Below are positions 1 through 8,628 of a stretch of 17,531 nucleotides of DNA, piece by piece. Position 1 is the stretch's first letter; every line of letters begins with the position of its first letter. Source of the DNA: Caedimonas varicaedens. Its GTDB lineage: Bacteria; Pseudomonadota; Alphaproteobacteria; Caedimonadales; Caedimonadaceae. The stretch is taken from NCBI GenBank assembly GCA_001192655.1, contig BBVC01000036.1, forward strand, positions 1 to 17,531, written 5' to 3'. The translations under genes were made by a program, and so were the position numbers. The notes beneath the pieces were generated by a model. The model did not search any database. It worked only from the letters and a program-made list of their open reading frames with translations, and had not been told where the DNA came from.

Positions 1-178
1 AAGCAATTGCTGAGGCAGGGCATATCGTGCTGTATCTGCCTCCTTATTCTCCAGACTTTAATCCCATCGAGCATAAATGGGCACAAGCAAAAGCAATTAG
101 ACGCAAAAAAAGGTGTTCTATCGAGCAATTATTTCAGGATAATAAAATATGACCGTTTTATATGTTGTTAGCTATACC
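1..178 (+). mobile_element. IS630-family insertion sequence, 3' part (transposase C-terminus; runs off the left edge)
   Basis: Frame 3 (3..152) reads AIAEAGHIVLYLPPYSPDFNPIEHKWAQAKAIRRKKRCSIEQLFQDNKI*. This contains the LPPYSPDxNPIE motif carrying the last acidic residue of IS630/Tc1-type DDE transposases. The stop TGA is at 150-152. Acyl-CoA dehydrogenase homology begins abruptly about 26 nt later. The right boundary (~171-178, GCTATACC) is approximate. Confidence 0.8.
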
Positions 179-1180
179 TGTGTAATGACTTTTGAAGAGG
201 CAGAAGGTTATCTCATCGGTGATCTTTATAAAGGCGTGACTAACATGTTCACTATGATGAACAGCGAGCGTGTCGCCGTGGGGAATCAGGGGTTGGGAGT
301 CGGTGAAGCCTCTTATCAAAATGCTGTTGCCTATGCGCGGGAACGCTTACAGGGCAGATCTCTCTCAGGCATAAAATGCCCGGACAAGCCTGCAGACCCT
401 ATTATATGGCATCCTGATGTTCGTCGTATGCTTTTGACCATGAAAGCCTTAAACGAAGGGAATCGTATGCTTGCTTCCTGGGTGGCCTTTCATTTAGATC
501 TTGCACATCGGGGAACAAATGAGGAGGAGAAAAAGGCAGCGGATGATTTTGTGCAATTGATGACCCCGATTGTTAAAGCCTATCTCACAGATTGCGGTGT
601 TGATATTACAAATCTGGGACTTCAGGTTTTTGGGGGACACGGCTATATTCGAGATTACGGAATGGAGCAATATGTCCGTGACGCCCGTATCGCCCAGATT
701 TATGAAGGAACGAACGGAGTGCAGTCTCTGGATTTGGCGGGACGAAAAATGCCGGCACATATGGGACGCTATTTACGTCCTTTTTTTCATCTTGTCAGCC
801 AATTTATTGAAGATCAGCAACAAGACAAAAGCTTACAGGAATTTATTGACCCTCTTGCCAAAGCATTCGGGCGTCTTCAGCAAGCGACTTTGACAATTGC
901 GCAAAAAGGGATAAAGGCTCCTGATGAAGCGGGTGCCGCCTCTACCGATTATCTGAAAATGTTTGGCCTGGTTGCTTCTGCCTATTTGTGGGTTCGTGCT
1001 GTCCTTGTCGCTCGACAAAAAACAGAAAGCAACGAAAAAGTTTTTTATGAGGGAAAAATTGCAACGGCACGTTTTTTCATGCAGAAATTACTCCCCCAGA
1101 CTTCTTCCCTGAACGCATCCATCATGGCCGGTGCTCATCCGTTGATGGACATACCCCAGGAAGCTTTTGGTCCTTTTTAA
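179..1180 (+). pseudogene. Acyl-CoA dehydrogenase (long FadE-type), 5'-truncated by the IS630 insertion
   Basis: In ORF 149..1180, from about codon 13 onward (MTFEEAEGYLIGDLYKGVTNMFTMMNSERVAVGNQGLGVGEASYQNAVAYARERLQGR ... IYEGTNGVQSLDL), the sequence matches the C-terminal helical domain plus C-terminal extension of ~600-aa acyl-CoA dehydrogenases. The N-terminal and beta-barrel domains are absent. The first 12 codons are IS-derived. Confidence 0.75.
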
Positions 1181-1198
1181 AAATAGAAGGAAGAGATT

Positions 1199-1759
1199 GT
1201 GAATCTTTTATTGCGCTTCATCCGTGTCATGATTCATGCTTTTTTTCGCTCCACTATTGATCTGAGTAAAGAATCTGTTGTTGTTTTCCGTGTTTTCCCT
1301 CATGACATAGACCTTAATATTCATATGACAAATTCTCGCTATCTGAGTCTTATGGATTTAGGACGCGTTGATTTAATGCTTCGAAGTCCCTTGGCAAAGC
1401 CGGTTATCACAGGTCAATGGAAAGCTGTTTTAGGATCAGTCACTCTTCAATTTCGACGACCGCTTAAATTGTTTCAAAAAATTTCTCTTCATACACGCGT
1501 TATTGGATGGGATCAGAAGTGGATTTATCTGGAACAAAAAACCATATCCAATCATCAACTCATGAGTACAGCTATCGCCAAATGTCTCTTTTTAGATCAC
1601 CATGGCATCATTGTGACGGAGCGACTATTAAAGATCTTTGGTTCTGAATCCACTTTTCCTGCCATGAATATAACCCCAGTGATTCAACATTGGAATGCTT
1701 TGGAAGAAACTTTCAAAACCGCTAAAAACCAAGAGAGCGATCAAAATGAACCATCGTGA
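1199..1759 (+). CDS. Acyl-CoA thioesterase-like protein (hotdog fold, 4HBT_2-type)
   Basis: 186-aa ORF with a GTG start preceded by GAAGGAAG. The motif VFRVFPHDIDLNIHMTNSRYLSLMDLGRVDL is typical of thioesterase-like hotdog proteins. It sits in a lipid-metabolism context (ACAD upstream, SDR downstream). Confidence 0.7.
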   Translation: MNLLLRFIRVMIHAFFRSTIDLSKESVVVFRVFPHDIDLNIHMTNSRYLSLMDLGRVDLMLRSPLAKPVITGQWKAVLGSVTLQFRRPLKLFQKISLHTRVIGWDQKWIYLEQKTISNHQLMSTAIAKCLFLDHHGIIVTERLLKIFGSESTFPAMNITPVIQHWNALEETFKTAKNQESDQNEPS

Positions 1760-2594
1760 AACCCTGAATCAGCAAGTTTCCCTTAGGGGGAAAACTCTTT
1801 TCATCACAGGTGGAAGTCGAGGAATAGGCCGCGCTATTGCCTTAAAGGCGGCACAAGATGGGGCACAAATCGTTATTGCTTCAAAGACTGCTGAACCTCA
1901 CCCCAAACTTGAAGGAACGATCTTTAGCGTTGCCGAAGAAATCAAAACTGCAGGAGGGAAAGCATTACCTCTACAAGTCGATATCCGCGATGAAGAGCAA
2001 ATTATAGAAGCTGTTGAAAAAACGATCCAAGCTTTTGGAGGGATTGATATTCTTATCAATAACGCAAGTGCTATCACCTTGACACCCATGCTTGAAACCG
2101 AAATGAAGAAATTTGACTTGATGTTTGATATTAATGTACGAGGAACTTTTGCCACTTCAAAAATATGTTTGCCTTATCTTAAAAAATCTAAAAATCCACA
2201 TATTTTGACGCTCTCTCCACCTTTAAACATGAATCCTAAATGGTTTGCCGCTCATTGTGCCTATACAATGTCAAAGTACGGCATGAGCATGTGTGTGCTG
2301 AGCATGGCAGAAGAATTTAAAGAGCAGGGAATCGCCGTTAATGCACTTTGGCCACGTACGGCAATTGCGACAGCAGCAATCAAAATGCTGGGGGGAGATA
2401 AATTGTTGGCGGCCTCTCGCAAACCCGAAATTGTTGCCGATGCAGCCTATTTCATAGTCACTAAACCCAGCCAAAACCGCACGGGCGTTTTTTTTATTGA
2501 CGAAGAAGTCCTGAAGGACGAAGGAATCGAAGATTTGAGCAGCTATGCTTTCCATCCGGGAACACCCCTGATGCCAGATTTTTTTCTGGATTAA
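1746..2594 (+). CDS. Short-chain dehydrogenase/reductase (HSDL2-like SDR)
   Basis: Contains the TGGSRGIG cofactor motif, NNAS, and the catalytic YTMSK (YxxxK). I prefer the ATG at 1746 (MNHRETL...) over the track start at 1695, which lies deep in the thioesterase gene. The overlap with the upstream gene is 14 nt. Confidence 0.85.
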   Translation: MNHRETLNQQVSLRGKTLFITGGSRGIGRAIALKAAQDGAQIVIASKTAEPHPKLEGTIFSVAEEIKTAGGKALPLQVDIRDEEQIIEAVEKTIQAFGGIDILINNASAITLTPMLETEMKKFDLMFDINVRGTFATSKICLPYLKKSKNPHILTLSPPLNMNPKWFAAHCAYTMSKYGMSMCVLSMAEEFKEQGIAVNALWPRTAIATAAIKMLGGDKLLAASRKPEIVADAAYFIVTKPSQNRTGVFFIDEEVLKDEGIEDLSSYAFHPGTPLMPDFFLD

Positions 2595-2625
2595 ATTCAG
2601 CAGAAATTTAAATTATTTCAATGTC

Positions 2626-2654
2626 TTGAAATGCAAGCTCTTTCTCTGCATAAT
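2626..2654 (+). promoter_or_regulatory. Putative sigma70-type promoter for the lipoprotein gene
   Basis: TTGAAA (2626-2631), an exact 17-nt spacer, then CATAAT (2649-2654), about 30 nt upstream of the AAGGAG RBS and the ATG at 2685. The background is AT-rich, so chance matches are possible. Confidence 0.35.
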
Positions 2655-2684
2655 TATTAGGTAACATTTTACAAGGAGTAAGCT

Positions 2685-3260
2685 ATGAAATATTGTGCAA
2701 CGCTAAAAATGATAGGGAGTGTGTTGATACTTCATGCCGTGACGTCCTGTTCAGAAAAAATTTTGGAAACACCAGGGATAAATTATGCCAAAAGCAGCCC
2801 CTTGAAATTGAATGTTCAGGATATTCAGGTGGTTTCCATTCCTGAAGTTCATCCCTCCAAAAATAAACATGCCCAAGAAGAAGCTGTGCTTTTAAGATCT
2901 GAGATAGAAAAATGGGCGCGAACCCGCTTGGTATCCGAAGGTGGAGCAGATCGAGCTGTGATGACAATCCACAAGGTCAATATTAAGGTTCTCAAAGATC
3001 CAAAAGCCGAAGTGGAAAGAGTAAAGCGTGATTTTTATGTAGGAAAAGTTGATATCAAGCTTGATATTCTCGATGATCGTGGGTTCGTGAAGGGGTCTGT
3101 TTCATCATCTGTTGAGCAAACAGTCGGCATTCCAGAAACCTACACGTATTATGAAAGAGAAGCGCAAATTAAACGATTGAGAGAAGAATTAATGAATTCG
3201 CTCGATGCACGAATGGTTAAGGAAATTTCTCAAAACTTGTCGCTGTATATGATGCAATAG
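2685..3260 (+). CDS. Hypothetical lipoprotein, function unknown
   Basis: AAGGAG RBS. The N-terminus MKYCATLKMIGSVLILHAVTSC has a hydrophobic core followed by a lipobox-like VTSC. The mature part is charged and hydrophilic. I recognise no family. Confidence 0.65.
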   Translation: MKYCATLKMIGSVLILHAVTSCSEKILETPGINYAKSSPLKLNVQDIQVVSIPEVHPSKNKHAQEEAVLLRSEIEKWARTRLVSEGGADRAVMTIHKVNIKVLKDPKAEVERVKRDFYVGKVDIKLDILDDRGFVKGSVSSSVEQTVGIPETYTYYEREAQIKRLREELMNSLDARMVKEISQNLSLYMMQ

Positions 3261-3272
3261 GAAGACTATTCG

Positions 3273-3304
3273 GAAGAAGAGTAAACAACAGTTTGCTCTT
3301 CTTC
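3273..3304. terminator. Bidirectional hairpin between convergent lipoprotein and hldE genes
   Basis: GAAGAAGAGTAAAC-aaca-GTTTGCTCTTCTTC forms a 14-bp stem (one G-U pair) with a 4-nt loop. It lies in the 47-nt gap between two convergent stop codons. No clear U-tract is present on either strand. Confidence 0.5.
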
Positions 3305-3307
3305 ACG

Positions 3308-4759
3308 TTATTTCATGCGCTGGATTGTGCTTGTCGTGCTTTGGTTGGGGATAAGGTTTGCTAAAACCACGTGCCCTCCCCAGCTTGCCACTTCTCGAGC
3401 GCCAACGACGTTTTCCAGGGTATAGTCTGCTCCCTTGATGAGAACATCAGGACGCAACTGCTGAATAAGGGAAGATGGTGTATCTTCTTCAAAAATAACC
3501 ACCATATCAACAGATTCAAGAGAAGATAAAACAGTTGAACGAGCTTCCTGATTTTGAACAGGACGTTCTTCTCCCTTTAGACGTTTAACGGATGCGTCAC
3601 TGTTAAGTCCCACGATGAGACGATCGCATTCAGCTTTGGATTGGGCAAGAAGGGCTATATGGCCGGGGTGAAGAAGATCAAAACAGCCATTGGTAAAGCC
3701 TATTTTCAACCCCCGCCGTTTCCAGGCAATAATCTGTTCAAGGGCATTAGGAAGCGTTAATATTTTTGCGGAAGATGCGCGCTTGGTTGTGGACAGAAGT
3801 TTCTCTCGCATTTCCTCAAGAGTTGTTATGGCTGTTCCTACTTTTCCAACAACGATACCCGCTGCAACATTAGCGAATTGAGCCGCTTGCAAAGCAGGGG
3901 TTTTTGCTGCACAGGCAGCCGAAAACATGGCAATGACTGTATCTCCTGCTCCTGAAACATCAAAAACTTCCAGCGCCTGGGTAGGAATATGTTCAGACAT
4001 TCCCTGCAAATCAACCAGCGTCATCCCACGCTCACCACGTGTGACCAGCATGGTTTCAACCTGACATTTCTCTAAAAGAGAACGAGCTGCTTTAACAATG
4101 TCGTCGTCAGTTTTCAGGGATTTTTGAGATGCCTGACTCAGTTCCTTAAGGTTGGGAGTCAGAACTGTCGCACCACAATAAAGCGTATAATCATGCCCTT
4201 TGGGATCGACAATAACAGATTTTCCTCGTTTCCGGGCACTTTGGATAAGAGAGGTCAATAAATCACGGTCAAAAAGACCTTTTCCATAATCGGAGAAAAT
4301 AACAACATCGACTTCATCCAGGTAATTTTCAAAGGTTTTCTTTAAATCTTCCTTAATCTCATGCGATAAATGGTGTGTCGTTTCATGATCCGCCCGCAAC
4401 AATTGCTGATTATGGGCAATATAGCGCGTTTTTACAGTTGTCGCGCGACTGACATCCTTTATCAGGAAAAACTGTGTTTGAGGAAGTTCTGAAAGAAGTT
4501 GTTCCACCATCTCGCTTTCTCGATCATGACCCACAACAGAAAGAAAAATAGTTTTGGCAGAAAAACCTGAAAGATTTCGGACGACATTTCCTGCCCCTCC
4601 TAATACACGCGTTTGTTGCGCTTTATGAAAAACGGGAACAGGGGCTTCGGGAGAAATACGATCAACATTGCCATAAACAAAGTAATCCAGCATAACATCT
4701 CCCACACATAAAATAGTCGTGTGGGGAATGCGTTGAAAAAGCATGTCAAGGGATTCCAT
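3308..4759 (-). CDS. hldE: Bifunctional D-beta-D-heptose 7-phosphate kinase / D-beta-D-heptose 1-phosphate adenylyltransferase
   Basis: 483 aa. The N-terminal domain is ribokinase-like (GAGDTV). The C-terminal domain is a cytidylyltransferase (GCFDLLHPGH). It starts 2 nt after the gmhA stop. Confidence 0.93.
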   Translation of the reverse strand: MESLDMLFQRIPHTTILCVGDVMLDYFVYGNVDRISPEAPVPVFHKAQQTRVLGGAGNVVRNLSGFSAKTIFLSVVGHDRESEMVEQLLSELPQTQFFLIKDVSRATTVKTRYIAHNQQLLRADHETTHHLSHEIKEDLKKTFENYLDEVDVVIFSDYGKGLFDRDLLTSLIQSARKRGKSVIVDPKGHDYTLYCGATVLTPNLKELSQASQKSLKTDDDIVKAARSLLEKCQVETMLVTRGERGMTLVDLQGMSEHIPTQALEVFDVSGAGDTVIAMFSAACAAKTPALQAAQFANVAAGIVVGKVGTAITTLEEMREKLLSTTKRASSAKILTLPNALEQIIAWKRRGLKIGFTNGCFDLLHPGHIALLAQSKAECDRLIVGLNSDASVKRLKGEERPVQNQEARSTVLSSLESVDMVVIFEEDTPSSLIQQLRPDVLIKGADYTLENVVGAREVASWGGHVVLANLIPNQSTTSTIQRMK

Positions 4760-4761
4760 CT

Positions 4762-5379
4762 TTAAACAAGTCCCAATTCAATTTCCAAGGCGCCACACAG
4801 CATTTGTCCTATTGTGATATGCATTTCCTGAATACGTCGTGTGGTCGCTGAAGGGACAACAAGCAAAAGGTCAGCAGCACCCGGAAGATCGCCAGCTGTT
4901 CCGCCCGTAAAAGCAATCGTATGCAGTCCTTGCGCTCTTGCTGCTTTAAAGCCTTCCATAACATTGGGGCTTTTACCAGAAGTTGTAATGCCAATAGCAA
5001 CGTCTCCTTTTTTCCCCAATGCTTCGATTTGTCGGGAGAAAAGATAATGAAATCCCAAATCATTACCGATCGCTGTCAGAGCTGAGGTATCTGTGGTCAA
5101 AGAAAGTGCGGAAATGGCCGTTCGATTTTTGATGAATCGCACGGTTAATTCTGTGGCAAGATGTTGAGCATCCGCAGCGCTTCCACCATTTCCAAAAAAT
5201 AAAATCTTTCCGCCGTTCTGAAGACTATTTCGGCAAAGTGAAACCGCTTTCAAGAAAGGATTTTGAAGTTTATCCAGAGTCGCTTTTACAACGTCCTGAT
5301 GTTCCTGGAATTCCTGATGAAAATAGGCAGAAAGGTCAAAACCCTGAGAAAGGGGGATAGTGGTGGAAGACGTCATCAT
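4762..5379 (-). CDS. gmhA: Phosphoheptose isomerase (SIS domain)
   Basis: 205 aa with GNGGSAADAQHLATEL and a TTSGKSPNV-type SIS motif. It is adjacent to and co-oriented with hldE. Confidence 0.93.
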   Translation of the reverse strand: MMTSSTTIPLSQGFDLSAYFHQEFQEHQDVVKATLDKLQNPFLKAVSLCRNSLQNGGKILFFGNGGSAADAQHLATELTVRFIKNRTAISALSLTTDTSALTAIGNDLGFHYLFSRQIEALGKKGDVAIGITTSGKSPNVMEGFKAARAQGLHTIAFTGGTAGDLPGAADLLLVVPSATTRRIQEMHITIGQMLCGALEIELGLV

Positions 5380-5385
5380 GTTATC

Positions 5386-6084
5386 CTAAAATTCAATGGA
5401 AATATCTGTAGCCCCTGTGACAGCTGGGCGGGGCGGTGTTTCAAAAATAATCTTTTCTCCTGGAAAGATTCGCGTTTCTGTAAGGCGATAATTCCACGTT
5501 TCCAAGATGCAAAGAGAATCCAGCTTGGAAGACTGATTCAAGAGCTTTGCTTTCACGCTTCTTATCAGACTATGTAATCGCGAAATGGGCCCTGCATATT
5601 TACAGTTCCCTTGCGCAATGATTTCAAACGTTGGAATAGTACGCACTTCATTTGCTTCATTGGAAAGTTCTCCCTTAAGAGCATAGGCTGGGCCATTAAT
5701 CTGATCGATCTGAAGGGGAATAACGCTTTCCAACATTAAACCCTCATGAGGAGAATAAACAGGTATTTTAAGAGCTGCAAAAATCTTTTCCGCTGTTGGC
5801 CACTCAGAAACGATAGGAACACGTGCAATATAAAAAGAAAAAGCGATCGTGAAAACTCCACCCAACAAAATCATCCAGGGAAATTTTTTTCTTTCCCGAA
5901 CTTCAGCCATATAGCCAGGATCAAAGGTGGCGGGTCTGGGAGGAATCGTCACCACAGTTTCTTCGATCGGATATTGCTGCCATGAATATCCGCAAGAAAC
6001 GCAACGTACCTGACGACCTTTAGAACCAATATCGTCTTTTTCAATCAAATAGCGTTTTTGACAAGTTTTACAAGTTACAATCAT
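5386..6084 (-). CDS. MJ0042-type zinc-ribbon protein with one TM helix and a DUF3426-like C-terminal domain
   Basis: The N-terminus MIVTCKTCQKRYLIEKDDIGSKGRQVRCVSCGYSW has a CxxC...CxxC zinc ribbon. It is followed by a hydrophobic helix (FPWMILLGGVFTIAFSFYIA) and a ~130-aa C-terminal domain. The stop is 6 nt before the gmhA start. Confidence 0.8.
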   Translation of the reverse strand: MIVTCKTCQKRYLIEKDDIGSKGRQVRCVSCGYSWQQYPIEETVVTIPPRPATFDPGYMAEVRERKKFPWMILLGGVFTIAFSFYIARVPIVSEWPTAEKIFAALKIPVYSPHEGLMLESVIPLQIDQINGPAYALKGELSNEANEVRTIPTFEIIAQGNCKYAGPISRLHSLIRSVKAKLLNQSSKLDSLCILETWNYRLTETRIFPGEKIIFETPPRPAVTGATDISIEF

Positions 6085-6344
6085 TGATTAGAACACACTT
6101 TATTATCATTCCTTTTTTATAGAATTTCCTTCACAAAAAGGCAAGAACTAACGAACGTGCTTATTTTTCTATTGTACAAAATGGCACATAAGCTTATACC
6201 AATTACAATAAACAGCAGATATATTTTCTCAAGGATTACTGACTGTCATGTCATTTCATGCTGCTGTGGAAATCTGGTCTGTTTCCCTATGAATCTCCAC
6301 CTGTGCGGAGATGATAAAGCATAGATAAATTGAGAGGAGAAACC

Positions 6345-7586
6345 ATGCATCATCTTCCAACTATTGATCATGTCGATGTCCAAGGCAAGACTGTTTTGGT
6401 GCGGGCAGACCTCAATGTTCCCATAAAGGAAGGGAAAATCCTTGACACTTCTCGCGTTGAGCGCGTCGTTCCCACTGTTGCGGAATTGATGCGAAAAGGC
6501 GCCAGTGTTGTTCTTCTTTCTCATTTTGGAAGACCGGAAGGGAAAGTCGTGCCTTCTCTGACTCTCCGTCCGATCGTACAGGTTCTCTCCCAGGCTTTAA
6601 AACAAGAAGTTTTTTTTGCCAACGATTGCATAGGAGAAAGTGCACGCACTACTATTACTTCCCTCAAGCCTGGTGAAGTTTGTCTGCTTGAAAATCTTCG
6701 TTTTGAGGCTGGAGAGGAAAAAAATGATTCTCTCTTTTCTGAAAAATTATCTCGGTTGGGAGATATCTATATCAACGATGGTTTTTCTGTGTCTCATCGT
6801 GCTCATGCTTCAGTTGAAGGCATTACTCACTTTCTTCCCAGTTATGCGGGGCGTCTTATGCAGGAAGAAGTTGAAGCGCTTCAACAATCTCTCGAACATC
6901 CTCAAAGACCTATCCTGGCTTGTGTGGCAGGTTCCAAGATTTCTACAAAGCTTGAGCTGCTGAAAAATCTTGTTTCCAAAGTGGACTATCTTGTTCTTGG
7001 CGGAGGGATTGCCAATACATTTCTTCTTGCCCGAGGAATTCCAGTAGGAGCATCACTTGTGGAAAAAGAGATGTTGCCTTTAGCCCAAAATATTGAGGAA
7101 GAAGCTCGGAAAAAAGGATGTACGCTTGTTTTGCCCATTGATGTTGTGGTGGCTATGGAACATGAAGATGCACTTTTTCATCAAGAGACAGGATTAAATG
7201 ATATTCAAACGAATCAGAAGATTTTTGATCTCGGACCATCTTCTTGCCAATTGATCAAAAATTTGTTGAAAGAAGTTAAAACGGTGGTCTGGAATGGCCC
7301 ACTTGGTGTTTTTGAACAGCCTCCCTTTGATACAGGAACCACAGACATTGCCATGGAAGTCGCACGCCTGACACGCGAGGGGAAAATTTTCAGCATTGCG
7401 GGTGGAGGAGAAACTGTAGCTGCTCTCAACTCTTCCGGTTCTGGTAAGGATTTCAGTTATCTTTCAACAGCAGGCGGAGCTTTTCTTGAATGGCTGGAAG
7501 GTAAAACACTTCCTGGTGTTGCAGCGCTTTTTGACGCTTCCCGGATCACGAGTAAAGAAGAGAACAAGATCAAAGAACCTGCTTGA
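6345..7586 (+). CDS. pgk: Phosphoglycerate kinase
   Basis: Contains VLVRADLNVP, LSHFGRP and a C-terminal GGGAFLEWLEGKTLPGVAAL. The ATG at 6345 is preceded by GAGAGGAGA. The track start at 6330 lacks an RBS. Confidence 0.95.
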   Translation: MHHLPTIDHVDVQGKTVLVRADLNVPIKEGKILDTSRVERVVPTVAELMRKGASVVLLSHFGRPEGKVVPSLTLRPIVQVLSQALKQEVFFANDCIGESARTTITSLKPGEVCLLENLRFEAGEEKNDSLFSEKLSRLGDIYINDGFSVSHRAHASVEGITHFLPSYAGRLMQEEVEALQQSLEHPQRPILACVAGSKISTKLELLKNLVSKVDYLVLGGGIANTFLLARGIPVGASLVEKEMLPLAQNIEEEARKKGCTLVLPIDVVVAMEHEDALFHQETGLNDIQTNQKIFDLGPSSCQLIKNLLKEVKTVVWNGPLGVFEQPPFDTGTTDIAMEVARLTREGKIFSIAGGGETVAALNSSGSGKDFSYLSTAGGAFLEWLEGKTLPGVAALFDASRITSKEENKIKEPA

Positions 7587-8536
7587 TGCAAAAGCGCAAG
7601 AAAAGTAGGAACCTGGTATAAAAGCGCTGCAATTCCAACACTCATCTGGACAACCACGAAAAATCCTGCTGCAAGTAATCCCTGTCGCTGGAAAAATGTC
7701 AGGGATTTTGACCAATTGCTCTTTATCATCACGCTAACAGAAACCACCAATGTGACGGCAAGAAGGCGATGTACCCATTGCACAGTAACAGGATTAACAA
7801 AAAGATTCAGCAACGTGGGTTTATAAAACCAGGCTTCTTCTGGCATCCATCGCCCTTCCATTAAGGGAAAGGTATTATAGAGCAGCCCGGCTTTATGTCC
7901 TGCGACCAAAGCACCATAAAAACTTGTCAAAACAAAAAGTCCCAAAATCCATGAGAGAGCAGGAAGGGTGATTGGAAATCCCTGCTTTTTAGGATATAGC
8001 CTGATAGCTGCGCTGAATGTCATGGCATAGGTAAGCAATGCCAATAAAAAATGAACCGCCAAAGCATAAGGACTGACGTGAGGATCATCGATCAAACCAC
8101 TTTTGACCATCAACCACCCCACGCACCCTTGAAGCCCTCCCAAAATCCAGATAGCTAGCAGAAAAGGAAGATAGGTTTGTCTCAGAAATGATTTGCGCCA
8201 CGCTAAAAAAAGAGGAAGCAGAAAATAGAGACCTATAAGGCGCCCCCAAAGTCGATGAATATACTCCAGCCAAAATATGTGCTTGAATCCTTCCAGCGTC
8301 ATTTCCTTATTAATTTTGAGATATTCAGGTGAGCGTTGATAGTTTTCAAAAAATACAATCCAATCCTCATGAGTCAAGGGCGGCAAAACTCCCGAAACAG
8401 GACGCCATTCCACCATGGAAAGCCCCGAGCCTGTTAAACGAGTCATCCCTCCCAGCACTACCATAACAAAAATAAAAAGACAGGCTCCAAACAAAAAATG
8501 GGATAACTCTCGATCAGATAGAACCGTTTGCTTCAT
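7457..8536 (-). CDS. ctaA: Heme A synthase (COX15/CtaA family)
   Basis: 359 aa and polytopic, with conserved His-containing helices (HRLWG, HFLLA, HRLLA, LHQAG). The N-terminus GGMTRLTGSGLSMVEW is typical of alphaproteobacterial CtaA. The last ~25 aa form a non-conserved tail that lies antisense to the pgk 3' end. Confidence 0.9.
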   Translation of the reverse strand: MKQTVLSDRELSHFLFGACLFIFVMVVLGGMTRLTGSGLSMVEWRPVSGVLPPLTHEDWIVFFENYQRSPEYLKINKEMTLEGFKHIFWLEYIHRLWGRLIGLYFLLPLFLAWRKSFLRQTYLPFLLAIWILGGLQGCVGWLMVKSGLIDDPHVSPYALAVHFLLALLTYAMTFSAAIRLYPKKQGFPITLPALSWILGLFVLTSFYGALVAGHKAGLLYNTFPLMEGRWMPEEAWFYKPTLLNLFVNPVTVQWVHRLLAVTLVVSVSVMIKSNWSKSLTFFQRQGLLAAGFFVVVQMSVGIAALLYQVPTFLALLHQAGSLILFSSLLVIREASKSAATPGSVLPSSHSRKAPPAVER

Positions 8537-8628
8537 ATAAAGAAATGCATCAGAAATTTACGTCCTTTTAATCTATTTCAGATTTCCTTATAAGAGAAGC
8601 TCAATATGTTTTTGTAAAAGGAGAATCT

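Noticed and set aside
2615-2632. Hairpin ATTTCAA-tgtc-TTGAAAT after the SDR stop, considered as a terminator.
   Set aside because: It is a 7-bp all-A/T-dominated stem without a U-tract, so it would be very weak. It also overlaps the candidate -35 of the next gene.
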